This document shows positions 52,205-64,000 of a stretch of 64,000 nt of DNA, piece by piece. Position 1 is the first letter of the stretch; every line of letters begins with the position of its first letter. A program made the translations under genes and the position numbers. Below the pieces are notes generated by a model, which was given only the letters and a program-made list of their open reading frames with translations, made no database searches and had not been told where the DNA came from. Location: the NCBI GenBank assembly GCA_002633005.1, contig NMRA01000316.1, positions 395,052 to 459,051 on the forward strand, read 5' to 3'. Source of the DNA: Phoronis australis (taxonomy: Eukaryota; Animalia; Phoronida).

Positions 52205-52570
52205 ATGAACTTAAGTTTTTCGCTGAAAACTTAAGTTTTTGGCGAAAAAACTTAAGTTTTTGAAAAATAACTTAAGTTTTGGAGGAAAAACTTAAGTTCT
52301 TCCGAAAAACTTAAGTTTTTAAAACTTAAGTTTTTCGGCAAAAACTTAAGTTTTTCAGCACAATGCTAAGTTTTTCAGAAAACTTAAGTTTTTCAGAAAA
52401 CTTAAGTTTTTTCAGGTGTAAAACTTTAGTTTTCGCAAATAAACTTAAGTTTCAATTAATAACTTAAGTTTTCATGAAAACTTAAATTTTTTCTACTAAC
52501 AAAACTTAAGCTTTTCTGATAACTTTAAGTTTATCACAAAACTTTTTTGTAATTTTAAAAACTTTTAAAA
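52205..52570. repeat. Minisatellite of the palindrome AAAACTTAAGTTTT (~20-bp period, about 17 units)
   Basis: Directly visible; the units decay rightwards. Confidence 0.93.
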
Positions 52571-53045
52571 CTACTAAACTGAAACTGAAAGACCTACTTG
52601 TTTATGGTCCACAGCGTTTGCGCGCGAAACCTACTTCTTTTCACAATACTACACGTTTTATATTTTGTGCCATCAATTCTTAACAAATTTGTCGTATTTA
52701 AAAAAGACCAAATCCGTTTTTCGTGTTGGCAATAATGACGGGATTGCTTTGGAAATCGTCTCAAGATAAGGTTTGACAAAGAGAATATTGCCAGTTTCTG
52801 AGTGATTCACTAAGGCTTCGATTAAAATTCACATCTTACCAGCAGCTTCTGTTTTTTCATCGTCAATCAGGTTCCATTTTCTTTAAAAAATGAAGTAAAT
52901 TTTCTTCATTGCACAGTGGAGCAGACGACGGAAACGGAGTCGTAGTGCGCAGCGCCACTGCCGGTCGCCTGGGATATCGCGGGAGAGCCTATACTTAGCC
53001 ATAGTTCCGTTACGAATGCGCCGTGTTCCGAATTTGACACTTGAA

Positions 53046-53336
53046 NNNNNNNNNNNNNNNNNNNNNNNNNNNNNNNNNNNNNNNNNNNNNNNNNNNNNNN
53101 NNNNNNNNNNNNNNNNNNNNNNNNNNNNNNNNNNNNNNNNNNNNNNNNNNNNNNNNNNNNNNNNNNNNNNNNNNNNNNNNNNNNNNNNNNNNNNNNNNNN
53201 NNNNNNNNNNNNNNNNNNNNNNNNNNNNNNNNNNNNNNNNNNNNNNNNNNNNNNNNNNNNNNNNNNNNNNNNNNNNNNNNNNNNNNNNNNNNNNNNNNNN
53301 NNNNNNNNNNNNNNNNNNNNNNNNNNNNNNNNNNNA
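53046..53336. other. Assembly gap
   Basis: Run of N. Confidence 1.
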
Positions 53337-53487
53337 GCCCCCCCCCCCCGCCCCCCAACACTAAAACTCCACACATTTAAATCTTTTTTCATCCGTATAA
53401 TTTTAATTACCGGGGTTAATTAATAAATCAACCTTTCCCTACGCTCTTACTGTTTTATTTTTTGCGTCAAAACTGTTATCCACAGAC

Positions 53488-53766
53488 CATGGGCGCACCC
53501 AGGCGGGGCGCACCCAGGCGGGGCTCGGGAGGCTCGTGAGACCAATTTGGCGAATTGGGCAAAAAGGTCCGCCTCAGTGAAAAAAAGTACGAGTAAACGA
53601 CACAAAAGTCCACAAAGGGCACATGAAATCGGCGCAGATGCACAATTCGTAGGCCTGAACCTAGTGGCCCCGTTTTTTCAGTCCTCATTGATTTTGTTCA
53701 GTAAAAGGTACCATACCGAGAAATTCGAGCCCCCCCCCCCTATATTTTAGGCTGGGTGCGCGCATG
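53488..53766 (+). mobile_element. MITE family 2 copy
   Basis: CATG termini, perfect 5-bp TSD CAGAC/CAGAC. Confidence 0.8.
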
Positions 53767-56313
53767 CAGACGACGGCTTGCATAGTGCGACTTACTACAG
53801 AGCGTCAAATGTCCGGTCTTTTGATAAAAATCGAGTAAAAAGACTCAAAATACCCAAAGAGGGAATAAAGCCTGCCAAATCGACCAAAAACGTCTTCAAA
53901 AAGGCACTGTTTCCCGTATAGTAAAAATAATCACTTTAAGTCTCCATCCGTTTTCATCTTAAAATAACAATGCCATCAATAAAAAGTACTTTGTCTTCTA
54001 ATTACTCTCGCATATCTTACAACCCAAAACACGAAAATACCGTTGCACTCAATCAATTCGTGTGACTAACACTTCCATATCGTGATAGAAAATGATTTCT
54101 ACCAAAAATAAATCACCCTGCGCTGTTGTATTCATTGACAACTTGTAAATCTGAAAACAAAGACTTCTGCAAGCCAGGTAACCTTTGCCCTAATGACGTA
54201 TCTTGTGGAGTGGGCTCACATAGACCGAACACCACGTCACAATACTTTCTAGATACGGTTGAGTGATCTACGGCGAATCTTTTTCGACACAAAACCCGTT
54301 CAATCTTAAAAACATTTGGTGATTTTCAACCTACCGGTACTTCATAATCACATGGTCGCTATATATGTTGTGTTTGACCAAGCAAACACAGACATAATGA
54401 GTAAACGCGCAAGTTCCAGTTTTAGACGTGAGTAGAAAAAATGACTTCAGTGTCCTTGTGGAAAAATATTTACACGCATTACGAAATAAACTCTCAAGAC
54501 TGAAGACATACATTCGATAAGCATGAAGTCGCATGTATCTCAGGTTATATATGGTGGCAGGCAATCATACGTAAGAACCACGGAGTACTGCGTTCGAGCA
54601 AAAACATGAATACGAAGTGCAACGTAAATAGTTATTCATCGTACAAGTCGCATGAAAGTAATTAAGGTAGTTATTCACTTATTTAACACACAATATGTAC
54701 GAGAGTGAAATCTCATTTTGTTAATTTTAAACACGCAAGTAAAATTTTCAGACTATTACAAGCACGGTTTAAAGTCTGTAGATCATAAAACAACTCCTGT
54801 TTAAGTTCCCAGCCATCGAACAACGGAAAAATGGTCATTTTGGCAATTATATTTGCTGTACGCAAAATCAGGCCCGTAGCCAGGGAAAGTTCCAGCCTCA
54901 GCATATCCCTTCAAGATATGGTATGGACAGCAAAATTGTTGCAGCTACTGGTACTACTAACTATGATAACTAAGTTAGTAATAATTTTGAAATTGCTTCC
55001 AATTCAAAGCGCTTCGCGTAATTATCGGACCGTACTCGGCCAACTTCGCCCGAGTGGTGTTTGCGGCGTAGATGACAGGATCGTGCAGACGATTAGAGGA
55101 GACTTAATGTTTTTCATCGGCATTGAACGCGCGTAGTGGCTACACCAAAGGGTACCAAGAGAATCTGTTAGAAGCCAATGTCTATACGCAGCTAAGCTAT
55201 ATAGCAGCGAGAGAGCTCCCAGAAAGTAGGCATAGTGCGGTGTGAATGCCTAAAATCGACCAAGAAACAAAACAGCAGAAAGTATTTTTTTATCTGCTAT
55301 TTTGTTATACTTGGTAGCATATTACGGTAAAGTGCAGGCAATTTCGAATTGAAAGTGATTATCAATTAAATGTATGTTGTTTATCCAGTGTCCACTTTGA
55401 TTGTGGGTTTTGGTGGATTGACATGCATGCGTGTACACGAGTGTGCGATTTCACTATTTTAATGCAGTACTCGCCGACGGTAAATTTACAACAAAGGCAG
55501 TCTCCCGTCGTCGCTAATAAAACAGACGTTAAACTACTGTGTTTTCTGGCACTGACCATGTTCACATTATTAGGGAAAAGTAAGTCTAGACCTAATAAAA
55601 ACGTTGGTCAATGAATGGTCTTCTTCTTTTCAATCAATGTCAATGGTGCACAGCCTCGCAAACTTCATACGAGCAACATCGTTGATGGAAAAGATTTTCA
55701 GGGGTTGCACGTCACTATTTTGAAGGTTCATTACTCCGAATGTTCGCTACCTTCGAGAGTTCAGCACTACTTCGCCGAATGTCTGCATTTCCGACCGTTC
55801 ATTACTCTGATTGTCTAATTAGTTGGAACTGACACGAATAAAGTGTGTATTTGTTTCCGTTTAGTAACCATTTAAAGGGTGTGTAAGAATTGGATAATTC
55901 TTTAAGCACTTTGATACAAATTAATGAACTCATTTCCTATCACTGCCAATCGTGATTCTTGAATCTAACAAACGACTCATTCATAAACAGGGACAACATC
56001 TGGGGTAGGCCTACGGCGGTTCAAGGCTGCAGCGATCAACGGCGGTTTTAATTTAATTTTGTATGGGAATCTTTTACTTCGTGGAGACTGGCTGGTAACT
56101 ACATGAAGCTTCGACCCGGCCGTGCGGTGGTTCCCGTGGCCGGGATGAGGCGCAATGGCCCCAAACTTTTCAGTCACGCTGTGAAATGATGAGATCTTGA
56201 CATGGATTTGATGAATGTATCGCGGCTGACAATTCATCAATATTCCTACTTCATATTCTTTTAAAAATTCAAGTACGTACAGTGTACGTACGTATTTGTA
56301 AGGCACGCGGACA

Positions 56314-58997
56314 CAGTGGCGGATCTACGGGGGGGGGTTCAAGGGGTTTAAACCCCCCCCTTGGGCCAGGACCCAAAATTAAAAAAAAACAAACAAAAAC
56401 GTCGTCACCAAAACAAAAACGACACCACCAGCGTGTGTAAACCCCAAGTAAACCAACTTGGAAAAAAATGAGGGGGGGGGGTTCACTCTGAAAAAATAAA
56501 TTTTTGAATTGCAAATTGCTGTTATGAAAATCAACGCATTTTGAGTCTTCGTGGATCATCGGCAAAACGCGCGGAGATCAATTGTGGGCGCGCTTCCGTC
56601 GACACTTCTGAAGTTGCCAAGCATTTTAGATGGATTCACCGCTGAAAGAGCAGCTCTATAGCTGATTTCTTTAGATAACTAGCTTCTTTACTCTAAGATA
56701 TAATTTGATTTGATTAGGGGAAATACTGTGGTGCCGCAACCCTGATATTCAGGCAAATTGACGTGCAACGTTTTTACCTCATCTGTCATTCCATTATACC
56801 CTACACGTTTGTAACTCGAATTTGACTGGTGTATAGTAAAGTTGTCTTGCGCAATACATACAGTGTAGCCTACATGTACATGTAGTATTTTTGAAAAGAA
56901 CTCGTTTTCCGAAGAATTACTATTGTCGCGGGCGCCGTGGTCTGGTCGCGGAACCGTTTGAAGATGCACTCTAACAAGCTATGTCTATACAAAAAATGAC
57001 CAAGGGGGCACTCACATTGACAAAGTGACCGCATTCGCGAACAGTGTACAGTACCAGAAATTGCGGGGAGGCTGTATTTTTACAGCAAAGTCTTGAGGGA
57101 CTCGTGCGATGTTCAATAGGCCTCCTAAGGAGCTCTAGTTCCGACCTCAATACCTACCGTCTTTCTACCTGCAATAAGCACCACTGCTGTCTTCTATACT
57201 GGCAATTTCCGCAGAAATTCCCACCCGATGAAACGCCCATGACCATGGGCATTTATTTGATGTTAGTACTTGGGGTTTCAAGCGTTCAGACATTGGGACG
57301 TTTATTCCGAAAATGGCAAGAGATGCAAATAGGTCCTGGGATACATCGACTAGGTTTGAAGTAGTTCATGATGAACGGATCAAATTTAGTTGCGCATGTA
57401 AGTCTTTTGAATGGACTTGGCAACCTCAGGGGGTTTCATAGTGCCAATTGAGCTGCCAAACGACATTGTAGAGGCTTACAAGCTCATTGACACAGCAGTT
57501 GACGAAGTGCAAGCGTTGGGAACAAACATCAAAGATGCCTGGGTAGAATGGTTCCAAGACGAGCAAACCATTGGATCCCGCGATATACAGATTCCTCGGC
57601 AGTCCAGACAACAGCAGAATAGGACTAACGTTCCTGGATACATACCCACGTAATAAGATATAATTCTACACAGTTTGTACATAATGTCGGTTTTTATGCT
57701 TGTATACAATGAAAACGAAATAGAAATTATTTTTGGTCATGCCAAATTTACCCAATACAGCAGAGGGTCTACGAGTGCACAAAAACTGATTCTGGTTTGT
57801 ATTTCCACTTGGCTCTGTCTGCTTCATATCCAAAATTAATTTCACGTAGTGCGTAGTTAAATTTGTACTCAATACTTGTTTCTTCCAGTGAGTATTACAG
57901 AACGGTGCGAAAACCCTTCCTAGACAACCTCTCGCAGCAGTTGACGACCAAATGTATAAAATACACGTACATGTATGAGCAACCACTGGGAATTTAAAAG
58001 TGTCTAGAGAGAGGTTTTCAATTCAAAAGTTTTTGCATAGTACGCTTTAGGTCTCGCGAACTAGTCTGGTGATGTTTTTTTACCAAAGTGTGCTTTGTAA
58101 AACTATTCATCTCAGCCAGAACTGTTTGGTCCCGCGACAGATCGACTATTTTTCTAGGGATAATAAGCACAGGTGTACTTTTGGTCTCGTGATGGACCAG
58201 GCGTTTTTGTGTACTCTCAGTGTACATCTGGTCCCTCTGCGAACTGGTCCTGATTATCTTTTCACCACGATGTACAGAATGTTTTGGTTTCGTGAAACTG
58301 TTTTCATATGATTCGTTTCCAAATACATTTGACGTTTTTCAATTGTTGTCAACGTGATTCAGCTTAATAAAGTGATACTTAATTGTTTATTGTCGCTTTT
58401 AGTAATATACTATGTGTTGAGAGCACCATCGTTTGCCAGTTTTTCTCATAACGAGACAGAACACATGTTTATTTCGAGACTAACAGTACAGGTCTTTGTT
58501 CTTAAACAACTTGAGGCTGCTGTTACGCGATCATCTGATATTCAATTTTTTACTCCCCGTCGGTGCTTCTTATGCTCTTGAATATTTGGTAGTTGGCTAA
58601 ACCCACACACACACCACACCTTTTCATATACGACTTTTCGCATGCTAAAAAGGTGTGTATAAGCAGATGTTCCAACAAAAATTTTTGCTGGTGGCGCGAC
58701 TCATACCCAGATGTGCACAAATATGGTTTCACGAAACTTATGAGCCACGTTCATGCGACGAAATCGAGAAGGATTTTAAATTATCTTAAGAAAAACTCAA
58801 GAGACATGTTAAGTGCCAGAAACTTACCAGGATGCATGGAAATTTCACTATTTGGCTACAAAAACAAAAAATTGTTTTACACGGAGGGGGGGAAACCCCC
58901 CCTCCCGACCCCCCCCCCTCTCGGCGCCACGCGCCTAGGATTCGACCTTTGCGGGAATCCTAAACCCCCCCTTACTGAAAACGTAGATCCGCCCCTG
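56314..58997 (+). mobile_element. 2.7-kb hAT-like element with a perfect 5-bp TSD and a degraded transposase
   Basis: GGACA|CAGTGGCGGATCTACG...CGTAGATCCGCCCCTG|GGACA. The internal ORF 57411-57653 (DIVEAYKLID...IPRQSRQQQNRTNVP) resembles P52rIPK/ZMYM1-type hAT transposases. Confidence 0.82.
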
Positions 58998-59157
58998 GGA
59001 CAATTTCGTATGCGCATGAAATCCAAACAAAATGTTTTGTACCCTGGGGTTGCTTTCGGTATAGGTACACCACTCGGTGCATCTAATAACCGAAGTATCG
59101 TTAATTTTGCACGCAAAAATATAAAAATTACACATGAATCCGAAATTTCAGTTATTT

Positions 59158-59268
59158 TCGGGGTAGTGATCCTCCGGAGTAGTGATGAGTTGTGAACCCT
59201 CGAAGTATTGAACCTTTTGAATAGTGAACCTTAGGAGTAGTGAACCTTTGAAATAGTGGGCTGTTCCC
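59158..59268. repeat. Degenerate ~16-bp tandem repeat (GAATAGTGAACCTT-like)
   Basis: About 6 imperfect units ending in GGGCTGTTCCC; probably the inside of a MITE. Confidence 0.6.
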
Positions 59269-61371
59269 ATGTACTGTAAGCAACTTAAAGAACACGCAAA
59301 ACTACAACCAGATAAAAATTTCCTCAAGTCATTCTCCGACTAAATATCTCCGTCCGCGTATGTAATTAGGTGTAATCACTCATTTAAGTAAGCCTTATTT
59401 GAAAGGTTGACATGAGGTAAGGCGAGAACGTTCTCTTTCAGGACCACATTGCATCCGAATTTGAGTTCCATTTTTGCACACAGTGGTCACGGCATCCTCA
59501 TCTCTGGTATTACGAATTCCGTCTCATCCCACGAACATACATGTAGAGCTGAGCGTTATCGTTGTGTGTAGATTTCTTCATCAAGGGCCTCACCGGAAAC
59601 TCCACAGTGTCGACTTTTGCAAAATATCAAAGGTCCACCGTTCTAGAAATTCGAACCACCCCCCCCCCCCATGCAATGCTGGCTACGGGCCTGAAACTGG
59701 AGAATTATCGAATCAGGTTGTATATGAATGTCATCAGGCTATACTGTAAATTAATTATTGCTCCTGCTGAATGGACTGTGGTTGGTTCGAGTGATGTAGT
59801 GGTTTGACCATCTAATTCAGTGATTTAAGCGCACAGTTCGAAGTTCCTACGTTTCGTGATTGTCAGATATCGTTGGGGTATATTAACACAAACATGGTCA
59901 TTCAGAGAAAGATTAATTCAATTTTGAAAATATTTATTACCAACAGTAAGACATCTTGAAAATTTTAAAAAGAGTGAAATGAAGAACAATCGCCATCTTT
60001 CAGAAAATTGTCATCAGCCTATTTATGCTGACGTCTAACACAAGTAAATCACCATATACTTTAGAAAGACACTGTGAAGTGAAAATGCACAGAACTTTAA
60101 AGGGATATTACGAGTTTTACAGTGATGGGATAAACTTCTTGAAGTTACCAGCATTGATCAGAGCTATAAAAAATTCGTTGTGTTTTTGTGATTTTATTGT
60201 TATGATTCAACAATTCTCGCTTTTGTTCCCAAGACGTTCGCTTGCACCAAGGTTCAAAACTGTTAAAATAATCGGCTATTCATTGGCTAAGCTTTACGCG
60301 TAGCTCCGCCAGCTGAGCGCTGAACTGCGTACTCAGAGGCTACAGGTCCGATTCCTCGCTGAGACTATCAGAAAATCAGATACTGTCCCTTTTAAATAAC
60401 TAGTTTTAAACAATCATGAATTTCAAGTTCAAATGCCAATAAAGCTAATACTATCACAGTTAATAAATAAACGCCTTCTCTGCACATCTAAATTACCAGA
60501 AATAAAATGGTACCAGTTACCACAAAACGCATAGAAAGCTTAACAGTGGGTTTCTTTTTACATCACCAGAAGTTAGTACAGAATGACACCTCGGAAACTG
60601 ACACCACACCGAGAAATCACTGGGTTGCACATACATGTACGTCACAGAGAACGGCAATCAATCAGTCTTTCCTGGTTCAAGGAAAAAATATTATTTTGTG
60701 AACCAGAATGTTTGTTTTGACTTTTGTGCCAGCTTCCAGACAACCACTTAAAAACATCTCTTGGATATGGCAGCATTGTTGAGAAAAAGTGTTTGGTGTT
60801 ATTTTAGTAACTTTAATAACAAAATTAGGATCAAACGACGCTTCAGGTGAAAATTGACACCAGTTGCATAGTAATGTAGAATGTGCTGAGAACTAGAAAA
60901 TGAGATCATGTGAGTTTCCCTAATGGGCACTGGAATGCATTGTGGTGAATTCTACATTTATAAGGTTTCGCCCGTTTGAATAAGGCATTAGGAAGGACAC
61001 TCATTATAGTACGTTTTTTCTAAAACTTACTTTTCCAACACTTACTTTTCCAAAAAGATTTAGAAAACAGGTGCAACAGTGGAGCAGCATATTCATCTCT
61101 TTCTCACCTATTACAGGTACTTCTCCTTTGATCTGCTAATTTCCGTCTGATTATATTTTCCTTCCCCACTGTTTTCTTCTGTGCAAGTCACAAACACAGA
61201 GTGAAACCCTCTTTTGAAAAATAACAAGTTCGAAAATTTTCCCATTAACAAGGTGTTCAAAAAGATTTGTGCATCTTACCATAAAAAGTGTTCAAGCAGG
61301 AATAAATACCTTTCAACATAGACTCCCTGAACTATTGATTATATAGATGTTCTAATTTTGTCAACAAGCAA

Positions 61372-62678
61372 AACAAGAGCAACGCTCCGCGCCCACAAAT
61401 GCATCGCAAATGGTGTGTTTTTAGGGGGTTTTGTTTGAAATGGTCACTAGATGGCGCAAAATACGTCGAATCCGTCTGAAAACTAGGAAATGTTGTGGTT
61501 TCTTTAAAAGAAAGCCATTTAGCATATTTCATTAAAATTCGTTGAGGAACCTCAGAGAAACAGAGGAAAACGAAGAAAAAAATGAAATTGCCACTAGGGG
61601 GGTGGGGCACAGTGTTCGTCGGATCCGTTTAAAAGTCGTCTTCTCTTGTTAATTTCATATAAATACACGTGCTAAATTTAATAAAGATCCTGCAGAGGGC
61701 TTAGGAGTGCAAAAGAAAAAAACGACACTAGGAGGCGCCACAGTACTCGAAGTCATCGGAAAATCATCACCAACTGTAACCTTCATAGAAAGAACATACA
61801 TGCCAACTTTCACAATCATCCTTTGAGTGGTTTGGTTAACGGAGGGACAGACGCCAAAAAACAGACTCGAAAACAACAAAAATGGCCACTAGGTGGCGCA
61901 AACTACGAATCCATCCCAAAACGGGAGGATAGCATCCTCTTACTAATAGATGTCTATGTGCCAAAGTGTATGGAAATCTGTTGAGGACCTTTGAAGATAC
62001 AGAGATTAACGTAAAAAACTAAAACTGCCACTAGAGGGCACACCGGTAAACCGATCTGTCCGAAAGTCCTTGTCGTCCGTTGTCAAGTTCATATAAATAA
62101 ATTTGCTAAATTTAATGAAGATCCTGAAGAATGTTTAGGAGATACTGCCATGGGCGCAAAAACAAACAAAACTGCCACTAGGAGGTGCCACAGTAGTCGA
62201 AGTAGTCGGAAAATCATTCTCAACTGTCCTCCTCATAGTAAGAATATACATGCCAATTTTCATAATCATCCTTATTAGTGGTTTGGTTGTTAGAGGGGTG
62301 GACGCAAAAAAACCGACTCAAAAACAGTAAACATGGCCACTAGATTGCGCAAAATGCTTGAATCCATTTGGAAATGAGAGGATATCATCAACTCATTAGT
62401 AGATGCCTATGTACCAAAATTCATGAAAATCGGTTGAGGACCTTTGATGATACAGAGGCAAACGTAAAAAAACTAAAATTGCCACTAGGGGGCACAGTTG
62501 TATTCGGGTCGGTCCGAAACTCGTCACCCTCTGTCATAAACCCGATAGGAACACTCTTGCCAAATTTCAATAAGATACTGCAAGAGGCTTAGGAGATACA
62601 GCCGCGGAGGCCGGACGCCAGATGACCAGACAGAGATGACGTCAATATGCGACCACATATAAATATGTGGGCGCATAA
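61372..62678 (-). mobile_element. Helentron-associated non-autonomous element (HINE) with an internal ~150-bp satellite
   Basis: On the minus strand: T-run, 5' subTIR ATGCGCCCACA plus an adjacent inverted repeat, a short TCTG/GTCC-like tract, about 8 tandem units, 3' subTIR TGTGGGCGC, hairpin GAGC-GTT-GCTC, then TTGTTTT. Confidence 0.78.
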
Positions 62679-62930
62679 AAAGGCTGTCTGAAATAGAAGA
62701 TCTATAAAAGACATGAAATTACCAATGCCTGAAATTTTAAAGCATACCTGTACTATTTGGTGTGTTTCAATTTTGATTTAAAATGCATACCTTAAACTGA
62801 AATGTGACCGAAAACATCGTTCACATCCCACTTTTACTACAAAAAACAACCTCAAGTCTCAGTTTCTATGCGCAAAGTTTTAGTGATTGTCCAAAGCATC
62901 AGAATCTTCACCTTGTGTTTTGATTACAAT

Positions 62931-63114
62931 TTATATCAATGTCAGTTTTTGCCTTTCATAATCCAGCAGGTGGTTGTACCCCCATTCATCATACCAGCGG
63001 CACGAGCCGTGTTCGTACTCGTCACAGTGAACCTTGGGCTGCAGTTGTTCACGCACTGGCAGTCTTGGCTCCTGGGGACGCTTTCCCAGAGAATAGAAGC
63101 TCTTGTAGTAAAAC
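62931..63114 (-). CDS. P4H-like oxygenase, terminal exon
   Basis: Phase-compatible with the previous exon (TG|G = Trp); FYYKSFYSLGKRPQEPRLPVREQLQPKVHCDEYEHGSCRWYDEWGYNHLLDYERQKLTLI*. Confidence 0.8.
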
Positions 63115-63130
63115 CTACACAGAAAAGGGT

Positions 63131-63234
63131 AATGGTCGGATATAACGTGCCCAAATTTTGAGAACCAGTTTTCTCCACTGAATAACGGGCATCAAACTGG
63201 TTCTCAAAGTACGGGCGCACTATATCCGACTATT
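63131..63234. repeat. Imperfect hairpin / mini-MITE (~40-bp arms)
   Basis: AATGGTCGGATATA...TTTGAGAACCAGTTT loop AAACTGGTTCTCAAA...TATATCCGACTATT. Confidence 0.8.
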
Positions 63235-63824
63235 GCTGAGAAAAATATAATATGCAACTGAGTCAGTGACTGTATACCTGACCACAGTGAGTGTATGGGT
63301 TCCTAGCACAAGAGGTCGCTCTGGAAGTATAGCTAGTCCTATTCATACAATGTAGTGAATGAGGTCAGCGTTGTATACATATTCATCACACGACAATCAC
63401 AGGAATGGTTAGTTCTGACAAACGCGGTTAGGACACGTTCACTATATTTGCTGTTGCGAAGCCGATAATCGCAAAGTAAACTTTGCAGAAGCATACTACA
63501 GTAATAGATTCTCTACAGTTGTGTTTTGGTCACATTTCACTGAAATTGTGACCATATAGAGCAGCCTCATAAAATTTGTCCTGGAGTAGCAAACAACAGT
63601 TACGCACAGCAGTATATCAACCAAAATGGCCAGTGCAGTGCAATAGCTCAAATTTAAAAAATAATAAGTGTACAATTGAAACACTTGGCTCAAAATCCTA
63701 TATAATACGTAAACAAAAAGTCTGATTTTAGTGGCAAGTACACTGCCTCAAACCTGGCAAGATACTCCATTTTTATAATGCCATGGAAATTACACCAAGC
63801 CTAAAAAATGGCATTTCAACTCAC

Positions 63825-63963
63825 CAGCGCTGCAAGATGTATTTGTTCCCAATTTCTACCTTGGCAGCAGTGTGCACTGATAAAGGTTCGCACTCGCCAT
63901 CAGAGTTCATGTTGTTCCAAACTAAGGCCCGGCCTTTTTTTGGTCGTACCCATATTCCCAGTT
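63825..63963 (-). CDS. Prolyl 4-hydroxylase-like 2OG-Fe(II) oxygenase, penultimate exon
   Basis: TTTATCAG acceptor and GTGAGT donor; LGIWVRPKKGRALVWNNMNSDGECEPLSVHTAAKVEIGNKYILQRW matches the P4Hc pattern V.PKKG.A..W.N...DG..D...LH...PV..G.K (distal His and 2OG-binding Lys). Confidence 0.88.
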
Positions 63964-64000
63964 CTGATAAAAAATTACAAATAAATATCACATAAAATTT

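Larger units (their letters stand above)
54869..59693. mobile_element. Possible outer hAT-like element (15-bp TIR CAGGCCCGTAGCCAG)
   Basis: Perfect inverted 15-mers at both ends, flanks AAAAT/AAACT. The two ends could also be independent fragments. Confidence 0.45.

Noticed and set aside
52205-52570. CRISPR-like look of the palindromic repeats
   Set aside because: Spacers are only a few nt and low-complexity, there are no cas genes, and the context is eukaryotic.
58593-59195. 200-aa ORF
   Set aside because: It crosses the hAT-like TIR and C-runs into flanking DNA and has no motif; probably spurious.
60295-60365. tRNA-like sequence (TAGCTC...GGTCCGATTCC)
   Set aside because: No convincing cloverleaf; at most a decayed SINE head.

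Overview
Eukaryotic (invertebrate animal-like) genomic DNA with GT-AG introns, many transposon remnants and three N gaps. Host genes I could reconstruct by hand: (1) the first two exons of a DFPase/SMP-30-type Ca2+ beta-propeller hydrolase with a probable signal peptide (- strand, running off the left edge); (2) a complete 11-exon, 560-aa carotenoid cleavage oxygenase (BCO/RPE65 family, - strand, 8893-25270) that keeps all iron ligands but has altered substrate and membrane motifs; (3) an intronless orphan class A GPCR (+, 37047-38009); (4) an arylamine N-acetyltransferase (-, about 50860-51770) whose start is obscured by an N; (5) the last two exons of a prolyl-4-hydroxylase-like 2OG-Fe(II) oxygenase (-, right edge). 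Mobile DNA: a nest of THAP-encoding, TTAA-targeting Kolobok-like elements (with a head-to-tail junction and three-level nesting); a 2.7-kb CAC...GTG element with a near-perfect 5-bp TSD and C2H2 zinc-finger remnants; a 5-bp-TSD hAT-like element with related MITEs; and a Helentron-type HINE whose internal satellite carries 8 phased CTCF-like motifs. All calls come from manual reading; no database searches were run.
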